A DNA stretch of 64,000 nt from Lama guanicoe. Its lineage: Eukaryota. This document shows, in pieces, positions 12,876 through 27,597 of the stretch. The position numbers and the translations under genes are program-made. Position 1 is the first letter of the stretch. Each line of letters opens with the position of its first letter. The DNA lies in contig MU053482.1 of the NCBI GenBank assembly GCA_013239625.1, positions 3,185,922-3,249,921 of the forward strand, given 5' to 3'. Under the pieces are notes generated by a model, which saw only the letters and a list, made by a program, of their open reading frames with translations, was not told where the DNA came from and did no database searches.

Positions 12876-13409
12876 AAATCTGTTCAGGTTTTCTTCTTCT
12901 TCTTGAGTTTTGTTCTGATAGTATATATTTTGTTTAAAAATTTTTGCCTCATTTAGAATTTAAAACTATATATGTTTAAACTGCACAAAATATTTTACTC
13001 TTTATTGTTAATGTCCTCTAAATCTGCAGATTTTTGGTTTTCTCAGTCCAGAGGCAATATATTATTATTTTCTTTCTTAGATTTTAGGGGGATTTGGCCT
13101 ATTTTGCATATCTTTTGTTTTGAGTTTTATTTTCAGTTATATTTTTGGTTTTCTAGTTTACTATCACTTCTTAACTCCAGTATTTATCAAAGAAGCATAT
13201 TAGGATCTTGACAAGATGGCCAGAGTATTGACAGATCAAAAAGTGATGTGAAGGCAAACAGAACAATGTACATGACTAAAGCAAAGGACTGGAAAAAAAT
13301 GGGGGATGTAATCTGATTTAGCTAGAATACATAAAACACGCAGGATGAAAAAGTAAGAATAGATGTATGCAATACTGAAAAGGTTCAAATAAAATATTCA
13401 GTAAATAGA

Positions 13410-13995
13410 CCTCCTCAAAAAATTAAACATAAAATTTTCATATGATCCAGCAATCCCATCTCTGAATATATTTCCCCAAAAAACTGACAGCAAGAACTTA
13501 AAAAAGATACTCGCACACAGATACTCATTGCAGCACTATTCACAATAGCCAAAAAGTGAAAATAATCCAAACATCCATTGATGGATGAATGGATAAACAA
13601 AATGTAATATACAATAAAATGGGGTAGTATTTATCTTTAAAAAGGAATTAAATTCTGATACTTGCTATACTCTAGATAAACCTTAAAATAATTATATTAA
13701 ATAAAATAAGCAAGACATAAAATAACAAATATTAATGATTCCATACATATGAGATGCCTAAAATAGGCAAATTCACAGAGACAGAAAGGAGAAAACAGGT
13801 TACCAGAGAAGGACGGGAAAGGGGAACAGTTAGTAATGAGTACACAGTTTCATTTTGAGATTAAAAAAAAAATTCAGGAAATGGATGGCGGTGATTTTTT
13901 AACCACAATGTGATTATACTTAATGCCACTGAACAGTACATTTTAAAATGGTTAGGACAGTAAGTTTTATGCTATGTATTTTTTACAATTTTTAT
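13410..13995 (+). mobile_element. Old L1 (L1MB-like) 3' end
   Basis: catatgatccagcaatccc..cattgcagcactattcacaatagcc..cttaatgccactgaacagtacattttaaaatgg. Confidence 0.85.
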
Positions 13996-14074
13996 AGTGG
14001 TAAATTAAAAACATAAAATTTAGGATCTTAGCCAATTTAAAAGTATCATTCAGTGGTATTAAATACATTCTTCT

Positions 14075-17000
14075 TATTTTCCAGTTTATTGAGATATAAC
14101 TGACACATAATATAAGTTTAAGGTGTACAGTATAATGGTCCGACTTACATATACCTTGGAACGATTACCACAAAAAGTTTAGTGACCATCCATCATCTCA
14201 TAAAGATACAAAATAAAAGAAAAAAGAGGAAAAAAGTTCTTGCTACTTTTTTCCTGTGGCAAGAACTCATAGGATTTACTCTCTTAACAATGTACATATA
14301 TAACATACAACAGTGTTTATTATTCATCTTACACATTATATCACTTGTACTTATAACTGGAAGTCTATACCTTTTGACCACTTTCATCTAGTTACCCCTC
14401 CCTGAACCACCACCTCTGCTAACCACAAATCTGATCTCTTTTCCTATGAGTTTATTTGCTTTATAAAGTATAACTGACCTACAATACTGTTACTTCCTGG
14501 TGCACAACATAGTGATTCGCTATTCCTATACATTAAAAAAAGATCACCATGATCAGTATAGTTACCATGTGTCATCATACAAAGATATTATGTAATTATT
14601 TACTATAATCTCCATGCTGTACATTTCACTCATATGATTCATTTATTTTGTAACTAGAAGTATATACCTCTTAATCTCCCTCACCTATTTCACACACCTC
14701 TCCACCACCCTCTCCACTGGCAACTACATGTTTGTTCTCTGTATCTATGATGCTATTTATGTTCTGTTCTGTTTGTTCATTTGTTTTGATTTTTATATTC
14801 CACATAAAAGCGAAGTCATATAATATTTATCTTTCTCTATCTGATTTATTTCATTTACTGTAATATCTTCTAGGTCTATCCATGTTGTCACAAATGGCAA
14901 GATTTCACTTTTCTTGTGGATAAGTAATATTTCTTCACATATATCACATCTTCTATATCCATTCACCTATCTATGAACACTTAGGTTGCTTCCATATCTT
15001 AGCTATTACAAATAATGCTGCAGTGAACACAGGGGTACATACACTGTTTTGAATTAGTATTTTTGTTTCCTTTGGAAAAACACCCATCAGTGGGATTGCA
15101 GGGTCATATGATAGTCCTAGTTTTTATTTTTTGAGGAATCTTCATACTGTTTTCCATAGTGGCTGAACCAATTTACATTCCTACCAACAGTGCACAAGAG
15201 TTCACTTTTGTCCCTGTCCTCACCAACACTTATTACTTATTGTCTTTTTGATAACAGCCATCCTAAAAGGTGTGAGATGATATCTCACTGTGGTTTTGAA
15301 TTATATTACCCTGATGATTAGTGATGTTAAGCATCTTTTCATGTGTCTGTTCAGCACTGGAATTTGGAGGAAAATGTCTATTCAGGTTTTCTGCCCATTT
15401 TTTAGTAAGAATGTTTTTTCATGTTGAGTGGTATGAGCCCATTGTATATTTTGGATACTAACCCCTTTTCAGATATATCATGTGCAAATGTCTTCTCCCA
15501 CTCAGCAGGCAGCCTTTCCATTTTGTTGATAGTTTCCTTTGCTGTGCAGAAGCTTTTAGTTTCATATTGTTCCAATCGTTTATTTTTGCTTTTGTTTCCC
15601 TTACCTGAGGAGACAGATCCAAAAAACATATTTCTAAGACCAAAGTCAAAGAGCATATGACATATGTTTTCTTCTAGAAGTTTTATGGTTTCAGGTCTTA
15701 CATTCAAATCTTTAATCCATTTTGAGTTTATTTTTTAATACAATGTGGGAAAGTACTCTAGTTTGATTCTTTTGCATGTAGCTGTCCAGTTTTCCCAACA
15801 CCATTTATTAAAGAGGTTGTCTTTTCACCATTGTATATAGCCCTGACTCCTTTATTGTAGATTAACTGACCATATAAATGTGGGTTGCTTTCTGGGCTCT
15901 CCTTTCTGTTCCATTGATCTATGTGTCTGGTTTTGTGCAAGTACTATATTGTTTTGATTACTGTAGCTTTGTAGTATAGTTTGAAATCACAGAACATGAT
16001 ACCTCCAGCTCTGTTCTTCTTAAGATTGTTTTGGCTATTCAGGATCTTTTATATTTCCACACAAATTTTGGAATTATTTGTTCTAGTTTTGTGAAAAAAT
16101 CCAATTTGTATTTTGATAGAAACTGTACTGAATCTGCAGATTGCCTTTGGCAGTATGGTCATTTTAACAATATTAATTCTTCCAATCCATGAGCACGATA
16201 AATCTTTCTATTTCTTTGTATCATCTTTAATTTCTTTCATCAATGTCTTACAGTTTGCCAAGTATGGCTCTTTTACTTCCTTAGTTAGATTTATACCTAA
16301 TTATTTTATTATTTTTGATGTGATTATAAACAGAATTGTTTTAATTTCACTTTCTGATATCTCAGTTAACAGTGTTAGTGTATAGTGTATAAAAACACAA
16401 CAAATTTCCTTGTATTAATTTTGTACCTTGCAACTTTACCGAATTCATTTATTACTTCTAATAGCTCTTTAGTGGCATCTTTATGATTTTCAACATCTAG
16501 TAACATATCATATGCAAACAGTGACAGTTTCACTTCTTCCTTTCCAATTTGGATGCCTTTTATTTTCATTTTCTTGTCTGAATGCTGTGGCTAGGACTTC
16601 CAATGCTATGTTGCATGAAAGTGGCGAGAGTGGGCAACCTTGTCTTGTTATTGATCTTAGAGAAAATGCTTTCAGTTTTTCACTGTTGAGTATGGTGTTG
16701 CCTGTAGTTTTCCAATATGTGGTCTTTAATGTGCTGAAGTATATTCCCTCCATACCTACTTCGTTCAAAGTCTTTATCAATAAATTGATGTTGAATTCTG
16801 TCAAAAGACTTCTTTGCATCAACTGAGATAATCATATGATTTTTATTCTCCAATATGCTAATGTGGTATATCAAACTGTATGATATGCAGATGTGGGACC
16901 ATCTTTGCATTCCTGGGATAAATCTCACTTGATCATGGTGCATGACCCTTTTAATGTATTGATGAATTCAGTTTGCTAGTATTTTCTTGAGGATGTCTGT

Positions 17001-20000
17001 ATTCCTGTTCATCAGGGATACAGGCCTGTAATTTTTTGTGTGTGGTGTCTCTATCTGGTTTTGGTATCAGGGTGATACTGGCCTCACAGAATAAGTCCAA
17101 AAGCATTCCTTCCTCTTCCATTTTTGTGGAATCATTTGAGAAGAATAAGCATTAATTCTTTAAATGTTTGGTAGAATTCACCATGAAGCTGTCTAGTCCT
17201 GGAGTTCTGTTTTTTGAGAGTTGTTGATTATTGATTTATTTTCATTACTAGAAATCAGTCTGTTCATAATTTTTTATTTCTTCCTGATTCAGTTTTGGGA
17301 GATTGTATGTTTCTAGGAATTTACCCATTTCTTCTAGTTGTCCATTTTATTGTCATATAATTGTTCTCTAATGATCCTTTGTATTTCTGTGGTGTTGGTT
17401 GTAACTTCTCCTTTTTCATTATTGATTTTATTTGGGCCCTCTCTGTTTTTTTCTTGGTAAATCTGGCTATAGAGTTTTATCAATTTTGTGTTTCTTTTCA
17501 AAGAACAACCTCTATGTTTCACTGATCATTTCTATTGTTTTTTAGTCTCTATTTCTGCTGATCTTTATTCTTTCCTTCTACTAACTGGATTTTGTTTGTT
17601 CTTCCTTTTTTGTTCCTTCAGGTGTAAAGTTAAATTGTTTGAGATTTTTCTTATTTCCTAAGGTAGGCTCTTATCACTGTAAACTTCCCTCTCAGAACTG
17701 CTTTTGCTGTTTCTGATAGATGGTTGTGTTTCCATTTTCATTTGCCTCCAGGTTATTTTTTTTAATTTCCTTTTTAATTTCTTCAGTGACCCCTTGGTTA
17801 TTTAGCAGTATATTGTCTAGCCTCCATGTGTTTGTGTTCTTTGCAGTTTTTTTTTCTTTATAGTTGATTTCCAGTCTCACATTGTTGTAGTTGAAAAAGA
17901 TGCTTGATATAACACTGATCTTAAATTTATTGAGACTTGTTTTGTGACCTAGAGTATGATCTATCCTGGAGAATGGTCCATGTGCATTGAAAATAATGTA
18001 TACTTTTCTGATTTCAGATAGAATGTTCTCTCTATATATCAATTAAATCCATATCTACTGTGTCATTTAAGGCCAGTGTTTCCTTATTGATTTTCTGTGT
18101 GAGTGATCTGTCCATTAACAGAGGTTAAAGTCTCCTACTATTACTCTGTTACTGTCAATTTCTCCCTTTATGTCTGTTAGTATTTGCTTTATGTATTTAG
18201 GTGTTCCTATGTTAGGTACATATACATTTACAAGTATTGTATCTTTGTTGGACTGAACCCTTTATCATTATGAAATGCTCTTCATCTCTTGTTAGTCTCT
18301 ATTTTAAAGTCTATTGTGTTTGATACAAGTATTGCTACATCCACTTTTTTATTTCCGTTTGCATGAAATATCTTTTTTCATCCCCTCACCTTCAGTCTGT
18401 GTATGTCTTTAGACCTGAAATGAGTCTCTTACAGGTAGCATATTATCTTGGTCTTTTTTTTTTTTTAATCCTTTCAGCCACTCTATGTCTTTTCATTGGA
18501 GCATTTAATCAATTTATACTTAAAGTAATTATTGAGAGCTATGTACTCCTTGCCATTTTATTAATTGTATTAGGACATTTTTGGATTTTTTTATTCCTTT
18601 CTTCTTCTTTTGCTCTCATCCCTTGTGATTTGATGACTATTTTTAGTGTTATGTTTGGATTCCTTTTTCTTTTTTATGTGTCTATTTTAAATTTTTTATT
18701 TGTAATTACCAAGAGAATAGAGCAGTCTCCCCCTCACCCGTGTGTGTGTGTGAGACAGAGAGAAAAACAGACAGAAAGAGAGAAATTATATTAAATTGAT
18801 GTTCTCTTAAGTTCAAACATACACTAATAATTCTGCATTTTACTATCTCCTACACATTTAAAGTTTTCAACATCACATTTTATGTCTTTTTCTCTTGTGT
18901 ATCCCTTAACTACTTATTGAGGATATAGACGATTTTACTACCTTTGTCTTTTAAACTTCCTACCAGCTTTCTAAGTGGTTGATCTATTACCTGCACTGAT
19001 ATTTGTCTTTACTAATAAGATTGTTTTCCTTTTGTTATTTTCATATTTCTAGTTGTGGTCTCTTCTTTTCTTTTTTGCTTAGAGAAGTCCCTTTAACATT
19101 TCTTGGAAAGCTGTTTTGTGGTGCTTTTAGCTTTTGCTTGTCTGTAAAACTTTTGATTTCTCCATCAAATCTGAATGAAAGTCTTGCCGGGCAGAGTATT
19201 CTTGGTTGTAGGTTTTCCCCTTTCATCACTTTAAATATATGGTTCTGATCCTTTCTGGCTTGCGAAGTTTCTCCTGAAAAGTCAGTTGACAGTCTTATGG
19301 AAGTTTCCCTTATTTATAACTAATTGTGTCTCCCTTGTCTCTTTTAATATTCTCTCTTTAATTTCTGTCATTTTAATTACAATGTTTCTTGGTATGGATC
19401 TCTTTGGGTTGATCCTGTTTAAGATTCTCTGTGCTTTCTGGATGTGGATGTCTGTTTCCTTTGCCAGGTTAGGGAAATTTTCAGCTATTATGGCTTCAAA
19501 TAAGTTCTCTGCCCTTTCTCTCTCTTCTCCTTCCGGAACCCTTATAGTATAAATGTTATTATACTTGATGTTGTCCCAGAGGTTTCTTAAACTATCCTCA
19601 TTTTTAAAACTCTTTTTTTCTTTTTTCAGTTCTGCTTGGGTGAATTCTACTACTCTGTCTTCCAGTTCACTGATCCACTCCTCTGTATCATCTAATCTAC
19701 TGTTGATTCCCTCCAGTATATTTTCAATTACAGTTACTGTTTTCTTCAGCTCGGATTCATCTTTATGTTTCTTAACTCTCTGTTAAACTTCTCACTGTGC
19801 TCATCCATTCTCCCAAGTTCATTGTGCATCTTTATGATCATTACCTAGAACCCTTTATTGGGTAGATTATCTATTTCCACTTTGTTTAGTTTTTCTTCTG
19901 GGATTTTATCATGTTCCTTTCCTTGTAACGTAATTCTCTGGCACCTGATTTTGCCTAATTCTCTGTTTATTTATACATATTAGGTAGGTTAGTTACATTT

Positions 20001-21030
20001 ACTGATCTTCAAGAAGTGGTCTTATGTAGGATACGTCCTACGGAGCTCAGTTGCACACTTCTCTCTGGTCACTAGAGGTATATGATCTAGGGGTGCCCCA
20101 TATGTATGAACTTTTCTGCTGTGGCAGGGCCAACAACTGTGGGTGTGCTGGTAGGTGGGTCTGGTTCCTGGCCCAAATGGCTGTTGATGCTGCCTCATGT
20201 GAAGGCTCCTGGCTGCTGCTAGGTACTAGCATGGCTGGCTGTAAGGCCCAGGGCTGGTTCCTAACTGCTGGTAGGCAGGGCCAGATCCCAGGCAGGTCAG
20301 CTGGTTGTTGGTGCTAAGGGTCTCAAGAATGGTGTTGACCTGTTGTTGAGTGGGGCCAGTGCCTGGGGGATTCCAAGGCTGATATCAGCCCACTGGTGGG
20401 TAGAGCCAGGTCCTGGGAAAGCTGGTGGGTGTATCTGGGTTCCCGTATGGCTTACTGCTTGGCTTGGGGGTCCCAGAACTGGTATTGACTGGCTAGAGGG
20501 CAGGTAAGCTCCAGGCAGTAACAGGCTAGGGGGAAGACCCCAAAATGGTGTTGCTAGCACCAGTGCCCTCATGGTAGATTAAGCTCTCAAAAATGACTGC
20601 TGCTGGCATCTATGTCCCCAGGGAGAGTGCCAGTTGCCTCCTGCTGCTCTGGGAGGCTCTCCAAGATTAGCAAGTAGACCTGACCCAGGCTTATTTCAAA
20701 TTACTGCCTCTGTGCTGGCTCTTAATGCATGTGAGATTTTGTACATGCCATTTAAGAGTGAAGTCTGTTTATGACAGCCCTCCAAGACTTTCCAATGGAA
20801 GACCTACTGGCCTTCAAAGCCCAGTATTCTAAGGGCTCATCTTTCCAATGGAGGAGCCCCAGGATGGGGGGTCCAAGGTGGGGATTGGACCCTTCGCTCC
20901 TTGGGGAGAACCTCTGCAATTCTGATTATCCTCCCATTTGTAAGTTACCTACCTGGGAGTGGGGGTCTTGACTACATTGTGTCTCTGCTCCTCTAAGTCA
21001 TCACATTGTGGTTCCTTCTTTATATGTCTG
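14075..21030 (-). mobile_element. Near-full-length (~7 kb) decayed LINE-1: 5' UTR ~21030-19960, ORF1 ~19960-19078, spacer, ORF2 ~18556-14793, 3' UTR
   Basis: Collinear remnants: ORF1 (ENLQPRILCPARLSFRFDGEIKSFTDKQKL), EN (HGPFSRIDHTLGHK), RT (HHDQVRFIPGMQ; RQGCPLSPL; LSLFAYDMLL) and C-terminal region (NVRPETIKLLEEN). GC-richer 5' UTR. Many stops and frameshifts. Confidence 0.95.
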
Positions 21031-24000
21031 CACAAATTTGGCATTCAAATAACTGCTAGATAAATTAATGAAATGGCTACTCTTTTATAAAGCTCAAAGA
21101 GTTTACAGATGCTTACATCATTAACAATAAACCCACTTCCCTTCAAAAAACTTGATTCTGCCTTCCTGAAAACTAAAAGCAAATGTTTTATTTTTGCAAG
21201 GATCCTCAGAAAGTATCCATCTATCTCAGTTCTCACCTATCTTACAATATGTTCTAATACTAAGAACATATGCCTGTCAAAGAATCTGTAGTGGTACATC
21301 ACACACTGGTTAAAGACTTTGATGACAGTGGAATTAGATGAAAGTATAGTATGAAATTTCAAAGTCCTAAGAAAAACTATTTTGACTGAAGTGAGAAATA
21401 ATAATAATAATAAAATAGTATTTTGTCAGTTTTATTACTTTAGAAACTCAATGTATGGGAAAAATGCTTAACAAAATAAAAAGTAGTGAAAAAATATAAA
21501 TAAATAAAAGGTATTGAACTTACAGAGTTGAAAACCTTTCATCTCTTTAAAACAGGTAAGGGGAATAGCTGTTTTCTTCTGAACTATATTTTCTAATCAT
21601 TTTGATATGAATAAATGTTTATTTTTCTACTTGCTTTCTTACCTAGTGTAATTCAGCTCTCAAAATGGAATTTCTCTACACTGACCAACACAGATAATAT
21701 CCAAATATTGACCCCAGGCTCAAAGAGTCCTGTATGTCACAGAAAACTATTTCTTGCTCCTTTGCTATAATTTTCTTGGTGCTAAGAAGCCTTAAGAAAA
21801 ATGGTTACATTGTTACCTGCATGCAATTTCTCTCCTCTCCTCAAAGCAATCAATAGCTATTTATTAAACACATAGCCAAGCACTGTGCTTGAGCACTGAG
21901 GAAACTAACAAATTAAATTATGATCCTTCTGTAATTTTTAAAAAATTTAGTCTATTGTTATTTTCCTTGATGCTCACGTTACCTTTACTCACCTAAGAAC
22001 CTTCAACAACCACGGGTTTGATCTGTTAAACATATTGCACATCCAACCACTTCTCTCCACATCCACTTCCATTGCTTGGTTCAAACCACTGAACTCTTTA
22101 ACAGAGCTGTTGTAATAACTAACTAGCTAACAAACTAACAGATCTCTTACTTTCACTCTTGTTTAGGTGTAGGCTAGTACGTGAGCCTTCTAAACCTAGA
22201 CTGTCATTTCAATATTTTTTCCTTAAGCTTAAAAAGTTTATTATGATAATTTTCAAATATTAAAAAAGAATCTGATGAAAACGCATATTCCTCCCACCCA
22301 GACTTAACAATTATTAAGATTTTGTCACCACTGCTTTTTTAATGAGATATAATTGATATATGATATTACATTAGTTTCAGTTGTACAGCATAGTGATTCA
22401 ATATTTATGTATTTTGTGAAATGATCAGGGCCTCCTTGACTTTTATTGAAAGCAATTAATTGGAAGTCATCTAACTTCCAAAACGATCTGTAGCCATATA
22501 TAAGCATGACTTAGTTCCTGATTTTCTGGGAAATATACAAAATGGCTTTCAAAAAATTATCTTATGAATATTAATTATGGGTTATTCTTTCACCTAGAGA
22601 AAGTTTCTTTAACCAAATCACTAAAAGAAGATGGGAAATTTTTAAGATATTCTTAAATTTCAATATTCCTCTAGTAAAACAATATTTGACTTTATTTTGA
22701 AGTAATTATAGAATCTAAGCAACTTGAAAAGAGTACAGAAGAGGCTTCTTGTACTCTTCACTCATTTTCTCCCAATGGTTACTACAGTACAATATCAAAA
22801 CCAGAAAACTGACATTGGTACAATGTGTATAGCTCTGTGTCATTTTATCACTTGTATATGTTTGTGTAATCACCATCTAAAACAAGAAATAAAATTATTT
22901 CATTACTATAAAAATGTTGCTCACGCTACACCTTTATAGTTCTACCCAACTCCCTCCTCCATCTCAATCCCCTGGCAATCAGTAATTTGTTCCTAATTTG
23001 ACCTCCGTAATTTTGTTATTTTGAGAACGCTATGTAAACAAAATCATATACTATGTGTCTTTGTGAGATTGACTTTTTCCCCGCAGCATAATGCCTTTAA
23101 GATCCATCCACATTGTTCAGTGTACCAAAAGTTTATTACTTTTCATTGCTGAGTATGCCATGGTGTATATGTAGCAGTCTGTATAACCATTCACTTACTG
23201 TAAGACATTTTGTCCAATATGTGGTTTGACTTGTAGTTTGATTCCATTGTGGTACAAGAACAAACTCTTTATGATTTCAATTCTTTAAAATTTTTTCAGT
23301 TTATAAAATTTTTAACCTGAAAAATTATAGATTTACAGAACATAAATGTTTTATTAATGTTGACTAGATTCTGTCAGTTGACAGTACATCCTTGCTGATT
23401 TTCTGTCTAGTTGTTCTGTCAACTGTTGAGAGAAGGCTGTTGAAGTCTATTAATTAAAATTGTAAATTTGTTTATTTCTCTTTTCAGTTCTATCAGTTTT
23501 GCTTCACATTTTTGCAACTGTGTTGGGATGCATACACATTTAAAATTGCTAAGACTTCTTGACGGATCAATGCTATTACTATTCTGTAATGTCCCTCTCT
23601 ATTCTGGGTGTTGTTTGTTTGTTTGTTTGTTACTCTGAAGTCTACTTTATCTGACATTAATATACTCATTCCTACTTTATTTTGATTAATGTTTGCATGG
23701 TATAGTTTTTCTTTCAACTACTTTTTTCAAACTACCTATATTATTATATTTGAAATAAGTTCTTATAGATACCATAAAATAGTTGACTTTTTACACACTC
23801 TGCCAGTATCTCTTTTAATTGGTGTACCTATACCATTTACATTTAATGCCATTATTTACGTAACATGGCTTAATCTGCCATTTTATTTTTTATTTTCTGT
23901 TTGTCCTCTCTGTTTTACATTTCCTTATTTGCTCTTTTCCTGCCTTTCTGTAGGTTACTAAAATATTTTTTAGACTTCCATTTTTATTTATTTATAGTGC

Positions 24001-24409
24001 TTTTGAGTATATTTTCTAAATAGGCTTTATACTGGTTGCTCTAAGTATTACATCATATGTACCTAACATCATGGTCAACTAGTGTCAACATTCAACCAAT
24101 TTGAGTGAAACGTAGGAACTTTGCCTCCCTTTATGTTCCTTTAGCTTCCTCCACTTGTAATATACTTATATTTTAAATATTTCGTCTATACGTTGAGAAC
24201 CACATCATACAGTGTGTTATAAGTTTTGCTTCAATTGTCAAACAATCAAGAAAACTAAAGAGAAGGGAACTTTACTGTATTTACCTACTTTTACTTTCTG
24301 TTGTTCTTTCTTCCTAATATTCCTGTTTTCCCTCTTTTAACAGTTCCTTTCTGTTTAGAGAACTTCTTTTAGTCATTCATATAGGGTAGATCTGCTGATG
24401 ACAAATTCA

Positions 24410-25150
24410 GATGTGTTTCTTAACACCAACAATTAATTCTCCAAAACCAGGACCAAGTGTTCAACAATTCAATTCTGACATTAACTACTTGGCGTTAGTG
24501 CAGATGCCACAGGTTAAGACTGCCCCTCACGTCAAATGCCAGTCACAGGTCTTGAGTCTCCAGCCTACTCACACTTTTGTACGACCTGACTACAAATTCA
24601 GGGGTTCCTATGACCTCCCCCTGCAACAAGTACGATAATTTGCTAGATTGGCTCATGTAACTCAGGAAAATACTGTCCTTGTGTTTACTGGTTATTGTAA
24701 AAGACACAACTCAGAAACTGCCAAATGGAAGAGAAAAATAGAGTAAGATATGCAAGGGGGAGAGTCATGGAACTTCCATGCCCTCTGCAGGTGTGCCACC
24801 CTCCCAGCAAGCTAATGTGTTCGCCAACCTGTAAGCTCTCTGAATCTCATTGTTCTAGAGATTTTATAGAGCTCAACTGCTAGCTCCTCATTACCATTTT
24901 GGAGGTCGATGTGTGGGGCTGAAAGTGCCAATTTATAATCACTTCATCTCTCTGGTGACCATCCCCATCCTGAGGCTGTCTAGAGCCCTCACCTTGCATT
25001 ATCTGAGTAGCCTAAACTCACGTGTGATAGAAAGGGATTCATTATGAATAATCAAAGACATTCCCTATCACTCAGGAAAATTCAAGGCTTTTAAGAGTTT
25101 CACGCAGGAATTGGAAACAAATACCAAATATATTTTTGTATGATACCACA
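24410..25150 (-). mobile_element. MER21-like solo LTR
   Basis: caattcaattctgacattaactac..actcaggaaaatact..cctatcactcaggaaaattcaagg..ataccaca. Alignable to 49770-50532 and 55631-56512. Confidence 0.78.
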
Positions 25151-26635
25151 CAAATCTTAGTATTCTTTTATCTGAGAATATCTTAATTTCTCCTTCATTC
25201 CTGACGGACATAGAATTCTGAGTTGACAGTTCTTTACTTGATTCACTTGAAAAATGTTATGTCACTTTCTATGGCCTCCATAGCTTCTGATGAGAAATCT
25301 GCTATCGCTCAAAAAAATATTCTCCTATAGCTTAGGTGTCATTTCTCTCTTGCTGCTTTCAAGACTCTTTAGCTTTAAGAAATTGTGCCTTGGCAGATAC
25401 CTTTGGCTTTAGCCTTTCTAGAATTCACTCAGCTTCTTGAATCTGTAAGTTTGTATAAACTTTCTCCACATTTGGGATTTTTTCACTATTATTTTTGAAT
25501 ACCTCCATAGTCCACTTTCTCTTCTTTCAGCACTGTGATGATCTGAATGCTAAATCTTTTACATATTTCTACAGGTACCTGAAGCTCTATTCGTTTGTTT
25601 GTTTTGGTCTGTTCCCTCTCAGTTGTTGAGACTAGCTAATTTCTATTTTTCTATCATCATGTTCATGGATTCTTTCCTCTGTCCCTTCTATGCTGCTGCT
25701 GAGTCCATCATTGAGGTTTCTTTTTTTTTTTCAGTTATTGTAATTTTTGGTTCTAAAATTCCCATTTAGTTTTCCTTCATATCTTTTGTTTCCTTGCTGA
25801 GACAATCTATTTTTCATTTGTTTCAAGTGTTTATAAGTGTTCATTAAAGTATTTTTATGACAGCTGCTTTAAAATAATTTTGTCAGATAATTTTAACATC
25901 TGTGTCATTTTGATGTTGGCATCTGTTAACTACCTTTTTGGATTCAAGTTAAGATTTTCCTGGTTCTTGCTATTATGATTAATATTCAACTGAAGCCTAC
26001 TAATTTAAAATATTATGTATAAAACTTGAGCTCTTAGTCAAATCTTCTATTTTAGCATGACTCCTCTGATACTGCTCTGGCAGGGGAAGAAAAGTACTGC
26101 CAAATATATCACCCGATGAGGGTGAAAGTCCAATTTCCCTACTCAGTCTCCATGGACGCTCTCAAGAGAGGGGATCCTTGCTACTGATGAGCAGAGGCAG
26201 AAGTGCAGTCTTCCCACTAGGCCTCTACTGATACTACTCTGATTGGAGGGGCAGGTCGGCCTCATTACTGCTCCTTGTGTTGCCTTCACTGACACCATGA
26301 GTGGTGGTCTCATTAGTGGTGGGTGGTGGTAAAAGCCCTGAAACCACTGACACCAATAGGCCTCCTCTGACACCACTGCTGTGTAGAAGAAAGGTGCCTC
26401 CTTACTGTCAGGTGAGGGTAGAAAACCAGGTTCTCCATATGGCTTTGAATGACACCAGGGGGTGGAAGGGGATTGATTCATCACCACGCATGACTTCAGT
26501 GAAATTGGTGACTTCCTATTCAGCCATCTCTGGCACCCCCACAGTAGGGTAGAGGTGCAACTGCAGTTATTCTTCTGTGGTGTCTGGGCAAAGTAGAGTG
26601 GTTATTATCTAAAAGTTTCTTGTCTTGGTAGGCTC

Positions 26636-26673
26636 CCCTTTCCCTTTCCGTTTCCCTTTCCCTTTCCCTTTCC
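26636..26673. repeat. (CCCTTT)n hexamer repeat, about 6 units
   Basis: ccctttccctttccgtttccctttccctttccctttcc. Confidence 0.85.
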
Positions 26674-26829
26674 TAGTGAGAGCATGCTTTTCTTGCATTT
26701 TTTCCCCCTCATCTGTACCAAATGGCATTGCTGGGTTGCTGACTTCTGCAACATCCAATCTTGGATATTCAAATCAACAAAGAACCAAAGATCTTACTAC
26801 CATGTTACTCCTCAAGTCCCTTTACCCTT

Positions 26830-27597
26830 TTTTTTAATTATTTTTGAAATATAGTCGATATACAATGTTAATTTCTTGTGTAGAGCATAGTGATTCAGTT
26901 ATACATATATATATATCCATCTATATATTCTTTTTCATATTCTGTTTCATTATAGGCCATTACAGGATATTTATTGAATATAGTTTCCTGTGCTATACAT
27001 TAGGACCTTGTTATTTATCTATTTTATATACAGTATTTAGTATCTGCAAATCCCGGACTCCCAATTTATCTCTCCCCGTCCCCTTTCCCCCCCATAACTG
27101 TAAGTTTTTTTTTCCTATGTGAGTCCGTTTCTGTTTTGTAAATAAGTTCATTTGTGTCATTTTTTTAGATTCCACATAAGAGTGATATCATACAGTGTTT
27201 TTCTTTCTCTTTCTGGCTTACTTCACTTAGCATGACAATCTCCAAGTCCATCCATAGTGCTGCAAATGGCATTTTTAATGGCTAAGTGGTATTCCATTGT
27301 ATAAATATACCACAACTTCTTTATCCAGTCTTCTATCAATGGACATTTAGGTTGCTTCCATGTCTTGACTATTGTAAATAGTGCTGCTATGAATATTGGG
27401 GTACATGTATCTTTTTGAATTAGCTTACTCCAGATAGATGGCCAGGAGTGGTATTGCTGGATAATAGGGTAAGTCTATTTTCAGTTTTTTAAGTAATACT
27501 GTTTTCCATAATGACAGCAGCAAACTACATTCCCACCAAAGTGCAGGAGGATTCACTTTTCTCCACAAATTCTTCAGCATTTATCATTTATGGTCAT
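26830..27597 (-). mobile_element. 5'-truncated L1 3' end, same family as 3665-5485
   Basis: 3' UTR collinear with 3670-4480. Degenerate TSD gtccctttaccctt (26816-26829) / gtccctctatcttt (27598-27611). Confidence 0.9.

Noticed and set aside
18363..19786. Hydrophobic, membrane-protein-like plus-strand ORFs (for example 143 aa at 18363-18794); likewise 2699-3106
   Set aside because: Phe/Leu/Ile richness is expected from the T-rich antisense strand of L1 or AT-rich DNA. No homology recognised.
14793..19960. Active L1 or domesticated ORF1/ORF2
   Set aside because: Both ORFs are broken into short pieces by stops and frameshifts, and the RT FADD motif is decayed (FAYDM).
26636..26673. Interstitial telomeric repeat
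   Set aside because: The unit is CCCTTT, not CCCTAA; it is a local slippage expansion in an L1 5' UTR.
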